Shown here piece after piece: positions 10,344 through 19,661 of a DNA stretch of 64,000 nucleotides. The number at the start of each line of letters is the position of its first letter. Position 1 is the first letter of the stretch. Under the pieces are notes generated by a model, which did not search any database, was not told the DNA's origin, and worked only from the letters and a program-made list of their open reading frames with translations. Origin of the DNA: Acidobacteriota bacterium (lineage in GTDB: Bacteria > Acidobacteriota > Vicinamibacteria > Vicinamibacterales > UBA2999); the NCBI GenBank assembly GCA_040754955.1, contig JBFMCA010000011.1:543-64542 (forward strand), given 5' to 3'. The translations under genes and the position numbers were made by a program.

Positions 10344-11209
10344 GAGGGCTCCGGTGCGCGCAGCCGCGCGTAGCTGGCCGTCATCTCCACCCCGAAGAGA
10401 AGGATGACCGCCGAGATGTAGACCCACAGCAGGAACACTACCACCGTCGCGATCGACCCGTGGATGAGGCTCAGGCGGCTGAGGTCCCGCGCGTACCACG
10501 AGAACAGCTCGAGGCCGCCGTTCCAGAGCAGCCCCGTCATGATGGCGCCGGGCCAGACGTCGCGGAACCGCACGCGGGTGTTGGGAACGAAGTAGAACAC
10601 GAGCGCCACGCAGCCGATGAGCAGGGCCGTGGCCCCCAGGCGGGGCGTGGCGCCCTGCAGCCAGGCCACCCCGCTCGCGCCCGCGAAGCGGCTGAAGAAC
10701 CACGTGGATTCGGCCACCTTGACGGCGCTGGCCAGCAGCAGGCCGGCGAGGAAGATGCCGCCGGCCGAGAGCAGCATGACGAAGGACACCAACCGGTGCC
10801 GGAGGAAGCTCCGGTGGTGCTCCACGCGCCAGGCGTGGTTGACGGCCGACGAGACGGCGTTGAAGACGCCGAGGGCCGCCCAGGCCATGGCGAGCGTGCC
10901 GCCGATGCCGAGCTGGAGGCTCCGATCGCGGAAGGCGTCGAGCTGCCGCGCGATGAACTCGAACTGCCGCGGGAAGTACTCGAAGACGAACCGCACGACG
11001 GCATCGCGGTCTTCCGCATCCGCGGTCACGGTGCCGAGAATCGAGAGCACCAGCAGCAGGAAGGGAAAGAGCGACAGCAGCGCGTAGTACGCGATGGCCG
11101 CGGCGTGGGTCATCCCCTGGCCGTTGACGAGCCCCGTCAGGCCGCGCCAGGCCGCGACACCCACCAGCCGCAGGCCCTGGCGGCGCTCAGGTGCGGCCGA
11201 CGAGGTCAT
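10340..11209 (-). CDS. YihY/BrkB (virulence factor BrkB) family membrane protein
   Basis: 289 aa. The [19 protein letters not shown] motif is present, and the protein is polytopic. Confidence 0.85.
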   Translation of the reverse strand: MTSSAAPERRQGLRLVGVAAWRGLTGLVNGQGMTHAAAIAYYALLSLFPFLLLVLSILGTVTADAEDRDAVVRFVFEYFPRQFEFIARQLDAFRDRSLQLGIGGTLAMAWAALGVFNAVSSAVNHAWRVEHHRSFLRHRLVSFVMLLSAGGIFLAGLLLASAVKVAESTWFFSRFAGASGVAWLQGATPRLGATALLIGCVALVFYFVPNTRVRFRDVWPGAIMTGLLWNGGLELFSWYARDLSRLSLIHGSIATVVVFLLWVYISAVILLFGVEMTASYARLRAPEPS

Positions 11210-11396
11210 CGAACCCGCGGCGGACGTCGGTCATCGCCGTCCGCAGCCGCGCGGCCTCGGCCGCCAGGCGCTCCAGGTCGGGCGCCAGGTCCTGCCGGAG
11301 CTGCTGCCCGCGCTCGGTGAAGAAAAGGAAGCCGACGGCCGCGCCCACCACCGCGCCGACCATGGCGCCCAGCACCAGGGTGCCCCGCTCGCTCAC
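11187..11396 (-). CDS. YtxH-domain small membrane-anchored protein
   Basis: 69 aa: [74 protein letters not shown] lies 4 nt upstream, and the GTG overlaps the regulator stop (GTGA). Confidence 0.7.
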   Translation of the reverse strand: MSERGTLVLGAMVGAVVGAAVGFLFFTERGQQLRQDLAPDLERLAAEAARLRTAMTDVRRGFDDLVGRT

Positions 11397-12850
11397 GATA
11401 CCTCCGACTCGCTGCCGACCAGGTCGTGCGCGCGCGCGCGGCGCCCGGGCCGGTGAATGCCGTGCTTCTTCAGCTTGCTGTACAGCGTCGGCCGGTACAG
11501 TCCGAGGATGTGCGCCGCCTCCTGCTTGTTCCAGCCCGTCCGCTCCAGCGTCTGCTCGATCGCCAGCTTCTCGATTTCGGCGAGCGTGTGGTGCGGCGGC
11601 ACCTGGAAGGTCGACTGCGCCGCTCCGTCGTCCGCGCGGAGGGTGTCGGGCAGATCGGCCACCGTGATGTGGCGCGCCTTCGCCACCAGCACCGCGCGCT
11701 CGATGGCGTTCTCCAGCTCGCGGATGTTGCCGGGAAACCGGGCCCGCATCAGCACATGGTACGCCGCCGGCGCGATGCCGGCCACGGCCTTCTGGTACCG
11801 GGCGTTGAACTTCTCCACGAAGTGCTCGCAGAGCGGCGGGATGTCCTCGACGCGTTCGCGGAGCGGCGGCACGCGCAGCGTCACCGTGTTGATGCGGAAG
11901 AAGAGGTCCTCCCGCAGCCGGCCGTCGCCCAGGGCCTGGTCGAGGTCGATGTTGGTCGCGCTGATCAGGCGGAAGTCGACCTTGATCCACTGGTCGCTGC
12001 CGAGCGGCCGGAACTCGCGCTCCTGCAGCACGCGCAGGAGCTTGGTCTGCAGAAACGGCGGCATCTCGCCGATCTCGTCGAACATCAGCGAGCCGCCCGA
12101 CGCCAGCGCCAGCAGGCCGACCTTGTCGGCCGTCGCGCCCGTGAACGCTCCGCGCTTGTAGCCGAACAGCTCCGACTCGATGAGGTCCTTCGGCAGCGCC
12201 GCGCAGTTGATCTTGATGAACGGGCCCGACGCGCGGTGGCTCCGCTGGTGAATCGCGTTGGCGATGAGCTCCTTGCCGGTCCCGTTCTCGCCCTGAATGA
12301 GGATGTTCGCGTCGCTCGCGGCCACCGACTCGACCAGCTCGAACAGCTCGCGCATCGGCTTGCTCTTGCCGATGATGTTCATGAACGACGTCTGGCCCCG
12401 CAGCTGCTCGCGCAGCAGCAGGTGCTGCCGCCGCTCCTGGCGGAGCGCCAGCGCCCGCTCGAGGATCGATCGGAGCGCCGCGGGATCGAGATCCGACTTC
12501 TCGACGAAGAAGAACGCCCCCGCCTGACCGGCTTCGAGCGCCCGGCCAATGGTCCCCTGCCCGCTGATGACGATCACCTCGACGTAGGGGTCCGCGGCCT
12601 TGAAGCGGCGCAGCAGCGTGACGCCGTCCTCGTCGGGCAGCAGCAGGTCCAGGAGCACGATGTCGGGGCCCCACTCCCCGAAGAGTTCCTCGGCGAGCGC
12701 GCCGTGGCTGGCCGACCGCACCTCGTACCCCGACGCCGCGCCTCCCGCCCCCAGCACCACCTTCAGCCAGTCCACCACCGCCGGCTCGTCATCGACGACA
12801 AGCACCCGGTGGCGGCGAGGGGCGGAGTCGGGGGTCAGGCGGTGCGGCAC
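11393..12850 (-). CDS. Sigma54-dependent response regulator (NtrC/Fis family: REC + AAA+ + HTH)
   Basis: The receiver domain (RVLVVDDEP...VLLDLLLPDEDG...FVEKS), Walker A GENGTGKE, the GAFTGA loop (KRGAFTGA) and a C-terminal Fis-type HTH are all present. The start is uncertain; I place it at GTG 12850, but the track ORF extends to 13120. Confidence 0.88.
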   Translation of the reverse strand: MPHRLTPDSAPRRHRVLVVDDEPAVVDWLKVVLGAGGAASGYEVRSASHGALAEELFGEWGPDIVLLDLLLPDEDGVTLLRRFKAADPYVEVIVISGQGTIGRALEAGQAGAFFFVEKSDLDPAALRSILERALALRQERRQHLLLREQLRGQTSFMNIIGKSKPMRELFELVESVAASDANILIQGENGTGKELIANAIHQRSHRASGPFIKINCAALPKDLIESELFGYKRGAFTGATADKVGLLALASGGSLMFDEIGEMPPFLQTKLLRVLQEREFRPLGSDQWIKVDFRLISATNIDLDQALGDGRLREDLFFRINTVTLRVPPLRERVEDIPPLCEHFVEKFNARYQKAVAGIAPAAYHVLMRARFPGNIRELENAIERAVLVAKARHITVADLPDTLRADDGAAQSTFQVPPHHTLAEIEKLAIEQTLERTGWNKQEAAHILGLYRPTLYSKLKKHGIHRPGRRARAHDLVGSESEVS

Positions 12851-12943
12851 GCGAGCGTCCGTGTCTGGTTTCTGTACGGAGTGTATTCGATACGGCCGTC
12901 GCCTGCACCCCCTGCGCTGCAAAAGCGCCTCATCCGGCTCGCC

Positions 12944-12949
12944 TATAAT
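12944..12949 (+). promoter_or_regulatory. Consensus -10 hexamer TATAAT, 7 nt upstream of ATG 12957
   Basis: The sequence is gccTATAATggccgggATG. The hexamer overlaps the alternative ATG at 12948. There is no Shine-Dalgarno motif. Confidence 0.35.
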
Positions 12950-13142
12950 GGCCGGGATGCCCGAGCCGCCTCCCAAGCCAGCCGTTCGCATCACGCCCGT
13001 CGTCTCGCCCCTGCGTGTCGGGCCGGCTCCATCAGGCGACGAGAAGACGCTCTGCGAGCGGTGCGGCGCCGAGATGTACCGCATGCACGCCGTGTGGCGG
13101 TGCCCCGCCTGTCGGTTCAAGACCGACTGCTGCGGCTGGTGA
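12948..13142 (+). CDS. Small zinc-ribbon protein (CxxC...CxxC), first gene of the liu/mcc operon
   Basis: M(AGM)[60 protein letters not shown]. The ATG is at 12948 or 12957. It ends 10 nt before the MCC beta-subunit start. Confidence 0.55.
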   Translation: MAGMPEPPPKPAVRITPVVSPLRVGPAPSGDEKTLCERCGAEMYRMHAVWRCPACRFKTDCCGW

Positions 13143-13152
13143 GGCGCCGGCG

Positions 13153-14760
13153 ATGGACCGCCTCGAGTCGCACGTCTCGACCGCCGACGCCGAGTACCGA
13201 TCGAATCACGCGCGCATGACGGCGCTCGTCGCGGAGTACCGCGCGCGCCTCGCCAAGGTCCGCGAGGGCGGCGGCCCCCGATACCTCCAGCGGCACCGCG
13301 AGCAGGGCAAGCTCCCGGTCCGCGATCGCATCGAGCGCCTCCTGGATCCCGGCTCGCCGTTCCTGGAGCTGTCGCCCCTCGCGGCGTGGGGCCTCTATGA
13401 CGGCGACGCGCCGGCGGCCGGCATCGTGACGGGCATCGGCCGCGTGTCGGGCCGCGAGGTGATGATCGTCGCCAACGACGCGACGGTGAAGGGCGGCACG
13501 TACTACCCGCTGACGGTGAAGAAGCACGTACGGGCGCAGGACATCGCGCTCCAGAACCGGCTGCCGTGCGTCTACCTGGTGGATTCCGGCGGCGCGTTCC
13601 TGCCGCTCCAGGCCGAGGTGTTCCCCGATCGCGACCACTTCGGCCGCATCTTCTTCAACCAGGCACGCATGTCCGCCGAAGGCATCCCGCAGATCGCCGT
13701 CGTCATGGGCTCGTGCACCGCCGGCGGCGCCTACGTGCCGGCGATGTCCGACGAGACGATCATCGTCAAGGGGACGGGCACCATCTTCCTCGGCGGCCCC
13801 CCGCTCGTGAAGGCGGCCACGGGCGAGGAGGTGTCCGCGGAGGACCTGGGCGGCGCGGACGTGCACACGCGGCTCTCGGGCGTCGCCGACTACTTCGCGG
13901 CCGACGATGAGCACGCGCTGCACCAGGCGCGGACGATCGTGTCGACGCTCAACCGCGTGAAGACGCTGCCGCCGGACATGACGGCGCCGGAAGACCCGGC
14001 GTACGATCCGTCGGAGATATACGGCATCGTGAACGCCGACGTGCGCAAGCCGTACGACGTCCGCGAGGTGATCGCGCGCCTGGTGGACGGGTCGCGCTTC
14101 GACGAGTTCAAGGAGCGCTACGCGACGACGCTCGTCTGCGGCTTCGCGCGGCTCCACGGCTTTCTCGTGGGCCTCGTCGCGAACAACGGCGTCCTGTTCT
14201 CCGAGTCGGCGCTCAAGGCCACGCACTTCATCGAGCTTTGCAACATGCGCGGCGTGCCGCTGGTGTTCCTGCAGAACATCACCGGCTTCATGGTCGGGCA
14301 GCAGTACGAGCGCGGGGGCATCGCCAAGGACGGCGCCAAGATGGTGCACGCCGTGGCGAACTCCGTCGTGCCGAAGTTCACCGTCATCATCGGCGGGTCG
14401 TTCGGCGCGGGCAACTACGGCATGTGCGGCCGCGCCTACGAGCCGCGGCTGCTCTGGATGTGGCCCAACGCGCGGATTTCGGTGATGGGCGGCGAGCAGG
14501 CGGCCGGCGTGCTGACCACGGTCAAGCGCGACCAGCTCGCGCGCGAGGGCAAGCCCTTTCCACCCGAGGAGGAGGCGGCCATCCGCGACCCGATCCTCGA
14601 GAAGTACGAGACGGAGGGCTCACCCTACTACTCCACGGCGCGCCTCTGGGACGATGGGATCCTGGATCCGGCGGAGACGCGGGGGGCGCTCGCCCTGGGG
14701 CTGTCGGCGGCCGCCAACGCGCCCGTGCCGCCGGCGAAGTTCGGCGTGTTCCGGATGTGA
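13153..14760 (+). CDS. liuB: Methylcrotonoyl-CoA carboxylase beta subunit (carboxyltransferase)
   Basis: 535 aa from the ATG at 13153, with GAGG 8 nt upstream. Carboxyltransferase motifs are present ([45 protein letters not shown]). Confidence 0.9.
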   Translation: MDRLESHVSTADAEYRSNHARMTALVAEYRARLAKVREGGGPRYLQRHREQGKLPVRDRIERLLDPGSPFLELSPLAAWGLYDGDAPAAGIVTGIGRVSGREVMIVANDATVKGGTYYPLTVKKHVRAQDIALQNRLPCVYLVDSGGAFLPLQAEVFPDRDHFGRIFFNQARMSAEGIPQIAVVMGSCTAGGAYVPAMSDETIIVKGTGTIFLGGPPLVKAATGEEVSAEDLGGADVHTRLSGVADYFAADDEHALHQARTIVSTLNRVKTLPPDMTAPEDPAYDPSEIYGIVNADVRKPYDVREVIARLVDGSRFDEFKERYATTLVCGFARLHGFLVGLVANNGVLFSESALKATHFIELCNMRGVPLVFLQNITGFMVGQQYERGGIAKDGAKMVHAVANSVVPKFTVIIGGSFGAGNYGMCGRAYEPRLLWMWPNARISVMGGEQAAGVLTTVKRDQLAREGKPFPPEEEAAIRDPILEKYETEGSPYYSTARLWDDGILDPAETRGALALGLSAAANAPVPPAKFGVFRM

Positions 14761-14765
14761 CGCCG

Positions 14766-15554
14766 ATGGGCTACCGGTTCCTCAGCGTCCGCCGCGATGG
14801 CCCTGTCGAGCACGTCACGCTCGACCGTCCGGACGTCCGCAACGCGTTCAACGAAGTCGTCATCGCCGAGCTCGCGGCGTGGGCCGCGGCGGCGCGCGAG
14901 GATGCCGGGCTGCGCGTGGCCGTGCTCGGCGGCGCCGGCAAGGTGTTCAGCGCCGGGGCCGACGCGTCCTGGATGGCGAAGATGGTGTCCTATTCGGAAG
15001 AGGACAACCTGCGCGACGCGGGCGCGATGGCCGACATGTTCCTGGCGCTCGACACGCTCCCCTGCGCGCTCATCGGGCGCGTCCATGGCGCCGCGCTCGG
15101 CGGGGGATCCGGGCTCGCCGCCGTCTGCGACATCGTCGTGGCGGCCGAGGGCACCATGTTCGGCTTCACCGAGACGAAGCTGGGCATCCTGCCGGCGGTG
15201 ATCTCGCCGTACGTGCTGCCCAAGATTGGCCCGTCGGCCGCTCGGGAGCTGTTCCTGACCGGCATGCGGTTCGACGCGGCCAGGGCACGTGAGATTGGGC
15301 TGGTCCACGCCGTGGCGCCGGCCGACGAGGTGGACGCGGTCGTCGGCCGATACATCGGCGAGCTGCTGTCGGCGTCTCCGACGGGCGTGGCGGCATCGAA
15401 GGCGCTCATCCCCGCCGTCTGGGGCCGCTCGCCTGGCGAGGCGCGCGCGCTGACCACCCGAGCCATCGCGCGCCAGCGCGTCTCTCCGGAGGGCCAGGAC
15501 GGGCTCCGGGCGTTCCTCGAGAAGCGCAAGCCGTCGTGGGTGCCGGGCGAATGA
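14766..15554 (+). CDS. liuC: Enoyl-CoA hydratase, probable methylglutaconyl-CoA hydratase
   Basis: 262 aa with crotonase motifs (GAGKVFSAGAD, GAALGGGSGLAAVCD, FTETKLGILPAV). It sits between the MCC beta and alpha genes. Confidence 0.82.
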   Translation: MGYRFLSVRRDGPVEHVTLDRPDVRNAFNEVVIAELAAWAAAAREDAGLRVAVLGGAGKVFSAGADASWMAKMVSYSEEDNLRDAGAMADMFLALDTLPCALIGRVHGAALGGGSGLAAVCDIVVAAEGTMFGFTETKLGILPAVISPYVLPKIGPSAARELFLTGMRFDAARAREIGLVHAVAPADEVDAVVGRYIGELLSASPTGVAASKALIPAVWGRSPGEARALTTRAIARQRVSPEGQDGLRAFLEKRKPSWVPGE

Positions 15555-17041
15555 TTCGACGGCTGCTCGTGGCCAACCGCGGCGAGATCGCGGTGCGCAT
15601 CGTCCGCGCCTGTCGCGAGCTGGGCATCGAGACCGTGGCGGTGTACTCTGCGGCCGACGCGCGCGCGCCGCACGTGCTGGCGGCCGACCAGGCCGTCGGG
15701 ATTGGGCCCGCCGCGGCGGCCGAGAGCTATCTGAACATCGACGCGATCCTCGACGCGGCCCGCGCCGCAGGGGCCGATGCCATTCACCCGGGCTACGGGT
15801 TCCTGTCGGAGCGCGCCGCGTTCGCACGCGCGGTCGAGACCGCGGGGCTCATCTTCGTCGGCCCGCCCGCCGACGCCATCGAGAAGATGGGATCGAAGAT
15901 CGGCGCGCGCGCGCTGATGGCACGGGCCGGCGTGCCCGTCGTGCCCGGCGAGACGCCGGCGGACCAGTCGACCTCCGCGCTTCAGGAGGCCGCCGAGCGC
16001 GTGGGCTTCCCGGTGCTGGTGAAGCCGTCGGCGGGCGGCGGCGGCATCGGCATGAAGGTGGTGCGCGATGCGGCCGCCCTCCGCGAGGCGGTGGACCGGG
16101 CACGGCGCGAGGCGGAGACCGCGTTCGGCGACGGCACGCTCTACGTCGAGCGCCTGGTCGAGCGGCCGCGCCACGTCGAGATGCAGGTGTTCGCCGACGC
16201 GCACGGCCACGCCGTGCACCTCTTCGAGCGCGAGTGCTCCGTGCAGCGGCGGCACCAGAAGATCGTCGAGGAGAGCCCGTGCCCGGCGCTGACGCCGCGC
16301 GTCCGTGCGGCCATGGGCGAGGCCGCCGTCGCCGCGGCGAGGGCTGCCGGCTACCGCAACGCGGGCACGGTGGAGTTCCTCCTCGAGGGGGCCGGCGACG
16401 AGGCGCGGTTCTACTTTCTCGAGATGAACACGCGGCTGCAGGTGGAGCACCCGGTCACCGAGTGCGTGACGGGCGTGGACCTGGTCCACGCGCAGCTTCG
16501 CGTGGCCTCCGGTGAGCCGCTGCCGTGGACCCAGGCCGCACTCTCGCAGCGCGGGCACGCCATCGAGTGCCGGATCTACGCCGAGGACCCGTCGCAGGAC
16601 TTCCTGCCCCAGGCCGGGCCGCTGCTGCTCTACCGCGAGCCGCAGGGACCGGGGCTGCGCGTGGACGCCGGGGTGGTCGAGGGCAGCGACGTCCCGGTTC
16701 ACTACGACCCGATGCTCGCCAAGCTGATCGTTTCGGGCGAGACACGCGAGGCTGCCATCGCTCGCGCCGTCGCCGCGCTCGAACGGTACCCGGTTCTCGG
16801 CATCCGCACGAACATCCCCTTCCTGCGCGCCATCCTCCGGCATCCGCGGTTCGCGGCCGGCGATGTCCACACGCGCGTGCTGGACGAGCTGGCGGGCGAG
16901 CTGGGCGAACCGGCGGGCGAGCTGCCTGCGGCGGCCTTTGCGGCGGCCGCGGTGCACGCGTCCCGGCGCCCGCCATCGCACGCGGCGGAAACCCCGGGCG
17001 GCATCGACCCCTTTGCGACCCTCATCGGGTGGAGGGGCTGA
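15551..17041 (+). CDS. Biotin carboxylase (BC domain of the MCC alpha subunit, encoded separately)
   Basis: MIRRLLVANRGEIAVRIVRACRELGIETVAVYS..., an ATP-grasp protein of 496 aa. It has an ATGA overlap with the upstream stop. Confidence 0.9.
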   Translation: MIRRLLVANRGEIAVRIVRACRELGIETVAVYSAADARAPHVLAADQAVGIGPAAAAESYLNIDAILDAARAAGADAIHPGYGFLSERAAFARAVETAGLIFVGPPADAIEKMGSKIGARALMARAGVPVVPGETPADQSTSALQEAAERVGFPVLVKPSAGGGGIGMKVVRDAAALREAVDRARREAETAFGDGTLYVERLVERPRHVEMQVFADAHGHAVHLFERECSVQRRHQKIVEESPCPALTPRVRAAMGEAAVAAARAAGYRNAGTVEFLLEGAGDEARFYFLEMNTRLQVEHPVTECVTGVDLVHAQLRVASGEPLPWTQAALSQRGHAIECRIYAEDPSQDFLPQAGPLLLYREPQGPGLRVDAGVVEGSDVPVHYDPMLAKLIVSGETREAAIARAVAALERYPVLGIRTNIPFLRAILRHPRFAAGDVHTRVLDELAGELGEPAGELPAAAFAAAAVHASRRPPSHAAETPGGIDPFATLIGWRG

Positions 17042-17517
17042 TGGCCGGACGAGTTGACGTCCGGCTCGGCGATACCATCCTCACCATGGCCGTCCGGGCC
17101 GACGGCTCTGTCGAGCACGAGGGTCGAACGTATGCCGTCAGCCCTGCCGGACCGGGACTCTATCGCGTTTCGGATGGCGCGTCGCAGTGGACCATCGCCG
17201 TGGCAGGCCCGGCGGACGACTGCTGGGTGTGGGTCGATGGGCGGACGGCCGCGGGCGCGGTGACGCCGGCCGGATCGGGCCGGCCGCGCCGCCGGAGCGC
17301 GGGAGACGCCGGCATGATGGCGCCGATGCCGGCCACGGTGGTGAACGTCCTCGTGACGCCCGGCGCGACCGTCGCGAAGGGCGACACGGTTGTCCTGCTC
17401 GAGGCGATGAAGATGGAGCTGCCGGTGCGCGCGCCGCGCGACGGCATCGTCACCGCCGTGCGCTGCACGGCGGGGAAGCTGGTGCAGCCGGGCGTGGCCC
17501 TCGTGGAGCTGGAGTGA
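17041..17517 (+). CDS. Biotin carboxyl carrier / biotinyl-lipoyl domain protein (BT-like N-terminus + BCCP)
   Basis: 158 aa. The biotinylation motif LLEAMKMELPV is present. It has a TGATG overlap with the BC stop and a TGATG overlap with the next gene. Confidence 0.85.
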   Translation: MAGRVDVRLGDTILTMAVRADGSVEHEGRTYAVSPAGPGLYRVSDGASQWTIAVAGPADDCWVWVDGRTAAGAVTPAGSGRPRRRSAGDAGMMAPMPATVVNVLVTPGATVAKGDTVVLLEAMKMELPVRAPRDGIVTAVRCTAGKLVQPGVALVELE

Positions 17518-18440
17518 TGGGCGCGCTGCCGGCGCGAGTCACGGTCGTCGAGGTCGGCCCGCGAGACGGCCTGCAGAACGAACGGGCCGTGGTGTCCACG
17601 GTGCGCAAGGTGGCGTTCGTCAACGCCCTGAGCGCGGCCGGGCATCGGGTCATCGAGGTCTCGGCGTTCGTGTCGCCGAAGTGGGTCCCGCAGATGGCAG
17701 ATGCCGCGGAGGTGTTCGCGGGCATCACGCGCGCGCCGGGCGTGCGCTACACCGCGCTCGTCCCGAACCTGGCGGGGCTGGCGCGGGCGCGCGCCGCCGG
17801 TGTCGACGAGATCGCCATCTTCGCTGCGGCTTCCGAGACCTTCAGCCGGAAGAACATCAACCAGTCCGTCGACGAGTCGATCCGGACGTATGCCGGCGTT
17901 GCGGATGCGGCGCGCGCGGCCGGCCTGCGCGTGCGCGGGTATCTGTCGACCTGCTTCGGCTGCCCGTTCGAGGGCGACGTCCCGCCGGCGCGCGTCGCGG
18001 ACGTCGCGGCGCGGCTGATCGACCTCGGCGTCTTCGAGGTGGCCGTCAGCGACACCATCGGCATCGCCCACCCGGGCCAGGTGCCGCGCGTCCTCGACGC
18101 CGTCACCGCGCGCGTGCCCCTCGAGCAGGTGGCGCTGCACTTCCACGACACGCGCGGCACGGCGCTCGCCAACGTCCTGGCGGGCCTTCAGTGCGGCGTC
18201 GCCACCTTCGACAGCTCCGCGGGCGGGCTGGGCGGCTGCCCGTACGCGCCGGGCGCCGCGGGGAATCTCGCCACCGAGGATTTGCTTTACGTGCTCGACG
18301 GGCTGGGCATCGAGACGGGCGTGAGCCTTCCGGGCGTCGTGGCCGCCTCGACCGCGCTCGCCGACGCCCTCGATCACCCGCTGCCGTCGCGGTACCTGCA
18401 GGCCGAGCGCGCGCGCCGCGACGCGGCGGGCGCGCCATGA
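17517..18440 (+). CDS. liuE: Hydroxymethylglutaryl-CoA lyase
   Basis: VEVGPRDGLQNE, HFHDTRGTALANV and GGLGGCPYAPGAAGN motifs are present. 307 aa. Confidence 0.92.
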   Translation: MGALPARVTVVEVGPRDGLQNERAVVSTVRKVAFVNALSAAGHRVIEVSAFVSPKWVPQMADAAEVFAGITRAPGVRYTALVPNLAGLARARAAGVDEIAIFAAASETFSRKNINQSVDESIRTYAGVADAARAAGLRVRGYLSTCFGCPFEGDVPPARVADVAARLIDLGVFEVAVSDTIGIAHPGQVPRVLDAVTARVPLEQVALHFHDTRGTALANVLAGLQCGVATFDSSAGGLGGCPYAPGAAGNLATEDLLYVLDGLGIETGVSLPGVVAASTALADALDHPLPSRYLQAERARRDAAGAP

Positions 18441-19093
18441 CCGTGCAGCGCCCCGCCACCGGCAAGCCGCGGGCGCACGAGTTCGTCTTCGCGCGGCTGC
18501 GCTACGAGTCGGGCGACTGGGACTACAACCCCAAGGTCGCCGCCAACGTCCTCAACTCAGTCGTCGAGTACACGACCATCCCCGTCTACCCGGAAGAGGT
18601 CGTCATCACGGCCGACTCCGAGGAGCTGCTGGCCTTTCCGTTTCTCTTCATGACCGGCCACAAGCTCGTGCGCTTCTCCGCGGCCGAGCGCCAGCGGCTC
18701 CAGGCGTTCGTCGAATCCGGCGGGCTGCTCTTCTCGGACGACTGCAACCACGACGTGGCGGGGCTGTACGCCGTGTCGTTCGAGGAGGAGATGCGCCGGA
18801 TCTTCCCGGGCCCGGGAACCCTCGACAAGCTCCCGAACACGCACCCGCTCTACACGGCCTTCTTCCGGTACCCCGACGGCCCGCCGCAGACGGCGCACGA
18901 GCTGAACGGCTGGGGCGACGACCTGGTGCACGAGTACCTGCGCGCGGTCGAGCACCGCGGCCGCGTGGGCGTGCTCTACTCGAACAAGGACTACGGCTGC
19001 GAGTGGGACTACGACTGGCGCAACAAGCGCTTCATGCGCGACGACAACACGCGTTTCGCGGTGAACATCGTCGTGTACGCCATGACGAGCTGA
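18437..19093 (+). CDS. DUF4159 domain-containing protein
   Basis: 218 aa: FVFARLRYESGDWDYNP...FPFLFMTGH...GGLLFSDDCN...YSNKDYGCEWDY. It has an ATGA overlap with the HMG-CoA lyase stop. Confidence 0.75.
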   Translation: MTVQRPATGKPRAHEFVFARLRYESGDWDYNPKVAANVLNSVVEYTTIPVYPEEVVITADSEELLAFPFLFMTGHKLVRFSAAERQRLQAFVESGGLLFSDDCNHDVAGLYAVSFEEEMRRIFPGPGTLDKLPNTHPLYTAFFRYPDGPPQTAHELNGWGDDLVHEYLRAVEHRGRVGVLYSNKDYGCEWDYDWRNKRFMRDDNTRFAVNIVVYAMTS

Positions 19094-19181
19094 GCGTGTC
19101 CCGCACAGGCGCTTATCGCCTGCCAGGCGGCCATGCCGCACACTGCGTCGGCTTGAATCGTCAGGATCCCTGGCCTCACGC

Positions 19182-19661
19182 CTACGCGGCGACATGCCCA
19201 AGGGCGAGCGCGATCGCCAGGCATGACAGGACATAGATGAGATTCGAGGCGGCGCGCACAGGCCAGGGCTTCTCCGACAAGTCCAGCCCAGAGGCCCTCC
19301 CCAGTAGAACCCCGACGCCGAGGAAGAAGAACCATCGCGTGAAGAGAAATGCCGGAGCCCCACGAACAGCCATGGTGACCAGGTCGTGGAGTGCGCCGCA
19401 GACCACAAAGGTCGCCATGAGGGCTATGGCCGGAGGCACCGCGCGGTTCAGCGGCGCGAACACGTACCGAGCGAGGGCGTAGCCGAACACAGGATTCCAG
19501 TGGCGCCAGAAGATGGCGAAGGTTGGTGCACCAAGTGAGCGGTACACCATGTTGCGCAAGCTGCCGCGTGCGCCGGCAGGAACGCCGTTGCGCCGGCGGA
19601 TGTACTGCGAAAGCGTCAGCCCGCGCGTTCTCGACCGACCGTTCGCGATGGCAGTCTCCAT
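19182..19661 (-). CDS. MBOAT_2/wax-synthase-like membrane protein, C-terminal-half length only
   Basis: 159 aa. The FWRHWNPVFGYALARYVFAPL...CGALHDLV pattern resembles the catalytic-His region of membrane-bound O-acyltransferases. The N-terminal TM bundle is absent. Confidence 0.45.
   Translation of the reverse strand: METAIANGRSRTRGLTLSQYIRRRNGVPAGARGSLRNMVYRSLGAPTFAIFWRHWNPVFGYALARYVFAPLNRAVPPAIALMATFVVCGALHDLVTMAVRGAPAFLFTRWFFFLGVGVLLGRASGLDLSEKPWPVRAASNLIYVLSCLAIALALGHVAA

Noticed and set aside
12851-12957. A sigma54 promoter in the divergent region between the regulator and the liu operon
   Set aside because: The best candidates fail. CTGGTTTCTGTACGGA lacks a -12 GC. On the minus strand, ccGGatgaggcgcttttGCa has 13-nt rather than 10-nt spacing.
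13108-13128. GTCGGTTCAAGACCGAC, a T-arm-like hairpin, as part of a tRNA or tmRNA
   Set aside because: No acceptor, D or anticodon arms can be built around it. It lies inside the zinc-ribbon coding frame (CRFKTD).
17039-17041. The TGA between BC and BCCP as a selenocysteine or programmed read-through site
   Set aside because: The downstream ORF is in a different frame, so read-through would not join them. No SECIS-like hairpin was seen. A frameshift or a true split are the remaining explanations.
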